A stretch of 64,000 nt of DNA, taken from IMG/VR virus record IMGVR_UViG_3300020577_002429, positions 17,943-81,942 of that record. One strand, 5' to 3'. The notes below the pieces were generated by a model, which was not told where the DNA came from, ran no database searches, and saw only the letters and a program-made list of their open reading frames with translations. A program made the position numbers and the translations under genes. Origin of the DNA: a virus. Its lineage: Duplodnaviria; Caudoviricetes. This document shows, piece after piece, positions 63,373-64,000 of this stretch (position 1 is its first letter; each line of letters starts with the position of its first letter).

Positions 63373-64000
63373 ATGGTCATATACACTATTACAAATCTTA
63401 TAAACGGTAAGGTGTATATCGGAAAGACTAATAATTTTCGTAAAAGAAAAAATGGACATCTGTGTCTATTGACTAGAGGTGTTCATTATAATAAGTACTT
63501 ACAAAATTCTTGGAATAAGTACGGATCTCATAATATGAAATTTGATATTCTAGATACGGACGCTACGAGCTATGAAGACTTATCAGAAAAAGAACAATAC
63601 TATATAAAATTATCTAAAAGTTGGGATCAAGATTTCGGATATAACATGACATTAGGTGGAGAAGGTTCTTTATTCACGAAACAACAGAAAGAGTCATTAT
63701 CCGAACGCATGAAAGGCGTGCCTAAGTCGGAAGAACATAAATTGCGAATCTCCGCAGCAACAAAGGGAAAGCATAAAGATAGAGTATATACTGACGATAG
63801 ACGCAGGAGTATTTCGGAAAACTTAAAGAAGCAAGTTCAATCTGAAGAAACTAAAAAGAAAAGAGCATTAAAACAAACTGGTCCTGGTAATCATAGATAT
63901 GGAAAAACCGGAAGCCTATCTGCCAGTTTTGGTAAACCTAATGTCAATAGAATTAAAGTTGATTGTTTCACAAAAGATTTAGTATTTGTTAAGTCGTTTG
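63373..64000 (+). CDS. GIY-YIG homing endonuclease with NUMOD3, 3'-truncated (not in ORF track)
   Basis: MVIYTITNLINGKVYIGKT...HYNKYLQNSWNKYG...GYNMTLGGEG...KSEEHKLRIS; open to window end. Confidence 0.85.
   Translation, partial: MVIYTITNLINGKVYIGKTNNFRKRKNGHLCLLTRGVHYNKYLQNSWNKYGSHNMKFDILDTDATSYEDLSEKEQYYIKLSKSWDQDFGYNMTLGGEGSLFTKQQKESLSERMKGVPKSEEHKLRISAATKGKHKDRVYTDDRRRSISENLKKQVQSEETKKKRALKQTGPGNHRYGKTGSLSASFGKPNVNRIKVDCFTKDLVFVKSF

Noticed and set aside
1-64000. Alternative genetic code (stop-codon reassignment)
   Set aside because: Long hallmark genes (pol, TerL, portal, MCP, nozzle) are intact in code 11 and tightly coupled; TAA, TAG and TGA all act as stops.
1-64000. tRNA genes, CRISPR arrays, integrase
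   Set aside because: No cloverleaf with T-loop GTTC, no repeat-spacer array and no recombinase motif were seen by eye; a tRNAscan-SE run would be needed to exclude atypical tRNAs.

Overview
The window is most of an AT-rich, tailed dsDNA bacteriophage genome with podovirus/P22-like virion architecture, read in the standard genetic code with clear Shine-Dalgarno signals. Plus-strand early/replication blocks occupy about 1-16.1 kb and 51.8-64 kb. They encode two ECF-like sigma factors, a PD-(D/E)XK nuclease, an ERF annealase, a family A DNA polymerase, a metallophosphoesterase, a ClpP-like protease, a dATP/dGTP diphosphohydrolase-like protein, an HNH-dUTPase fusion, an AEP primase-DnaB helicase, a MoxR/VWA pair and several GIY-YIG/HNH endonucleases. 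A minus-strand morphogenesis block (about 16.1-51.7 kb) encodes terminase, portal, fibre-like proteins, scaffold, major capsid protein (MCP), M15 endolysin, tail adaptor/nozzle and ejection proteins. It is interrupted by a plus-strand island carrying an HNH nuclease and a Mu Mom-like DNA modification enzyme. Two promoter classes are readable directly: about 12 sigma70-type TTGACA-N17-(-10) promoters, all on the plus strand, and 10 same-orientation copies of a single-element motif (TAACATATATTA, minus strand) upstream of late genes. The most unusual observations are: (i) a 141-aa internally deleted paralogue of the phage's own MCP in the early region, plus a sigma70 promoter antisense to the MCP leader; (ii) a putative two-hairpin small RNA displaying three anti-Shine-Dalgarno motifs, alongside several leaderless early genes; (iii) a sigma-region-2/NUMOD1 fusion; (iv) orphan antitoxin-like sequences; (v) a pseudoknotted intergenic RNA candidate. 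All family assignments come from motif recognition by eye; no database searches were run. The host is unknown (weak hint of Bdellovibrionota).
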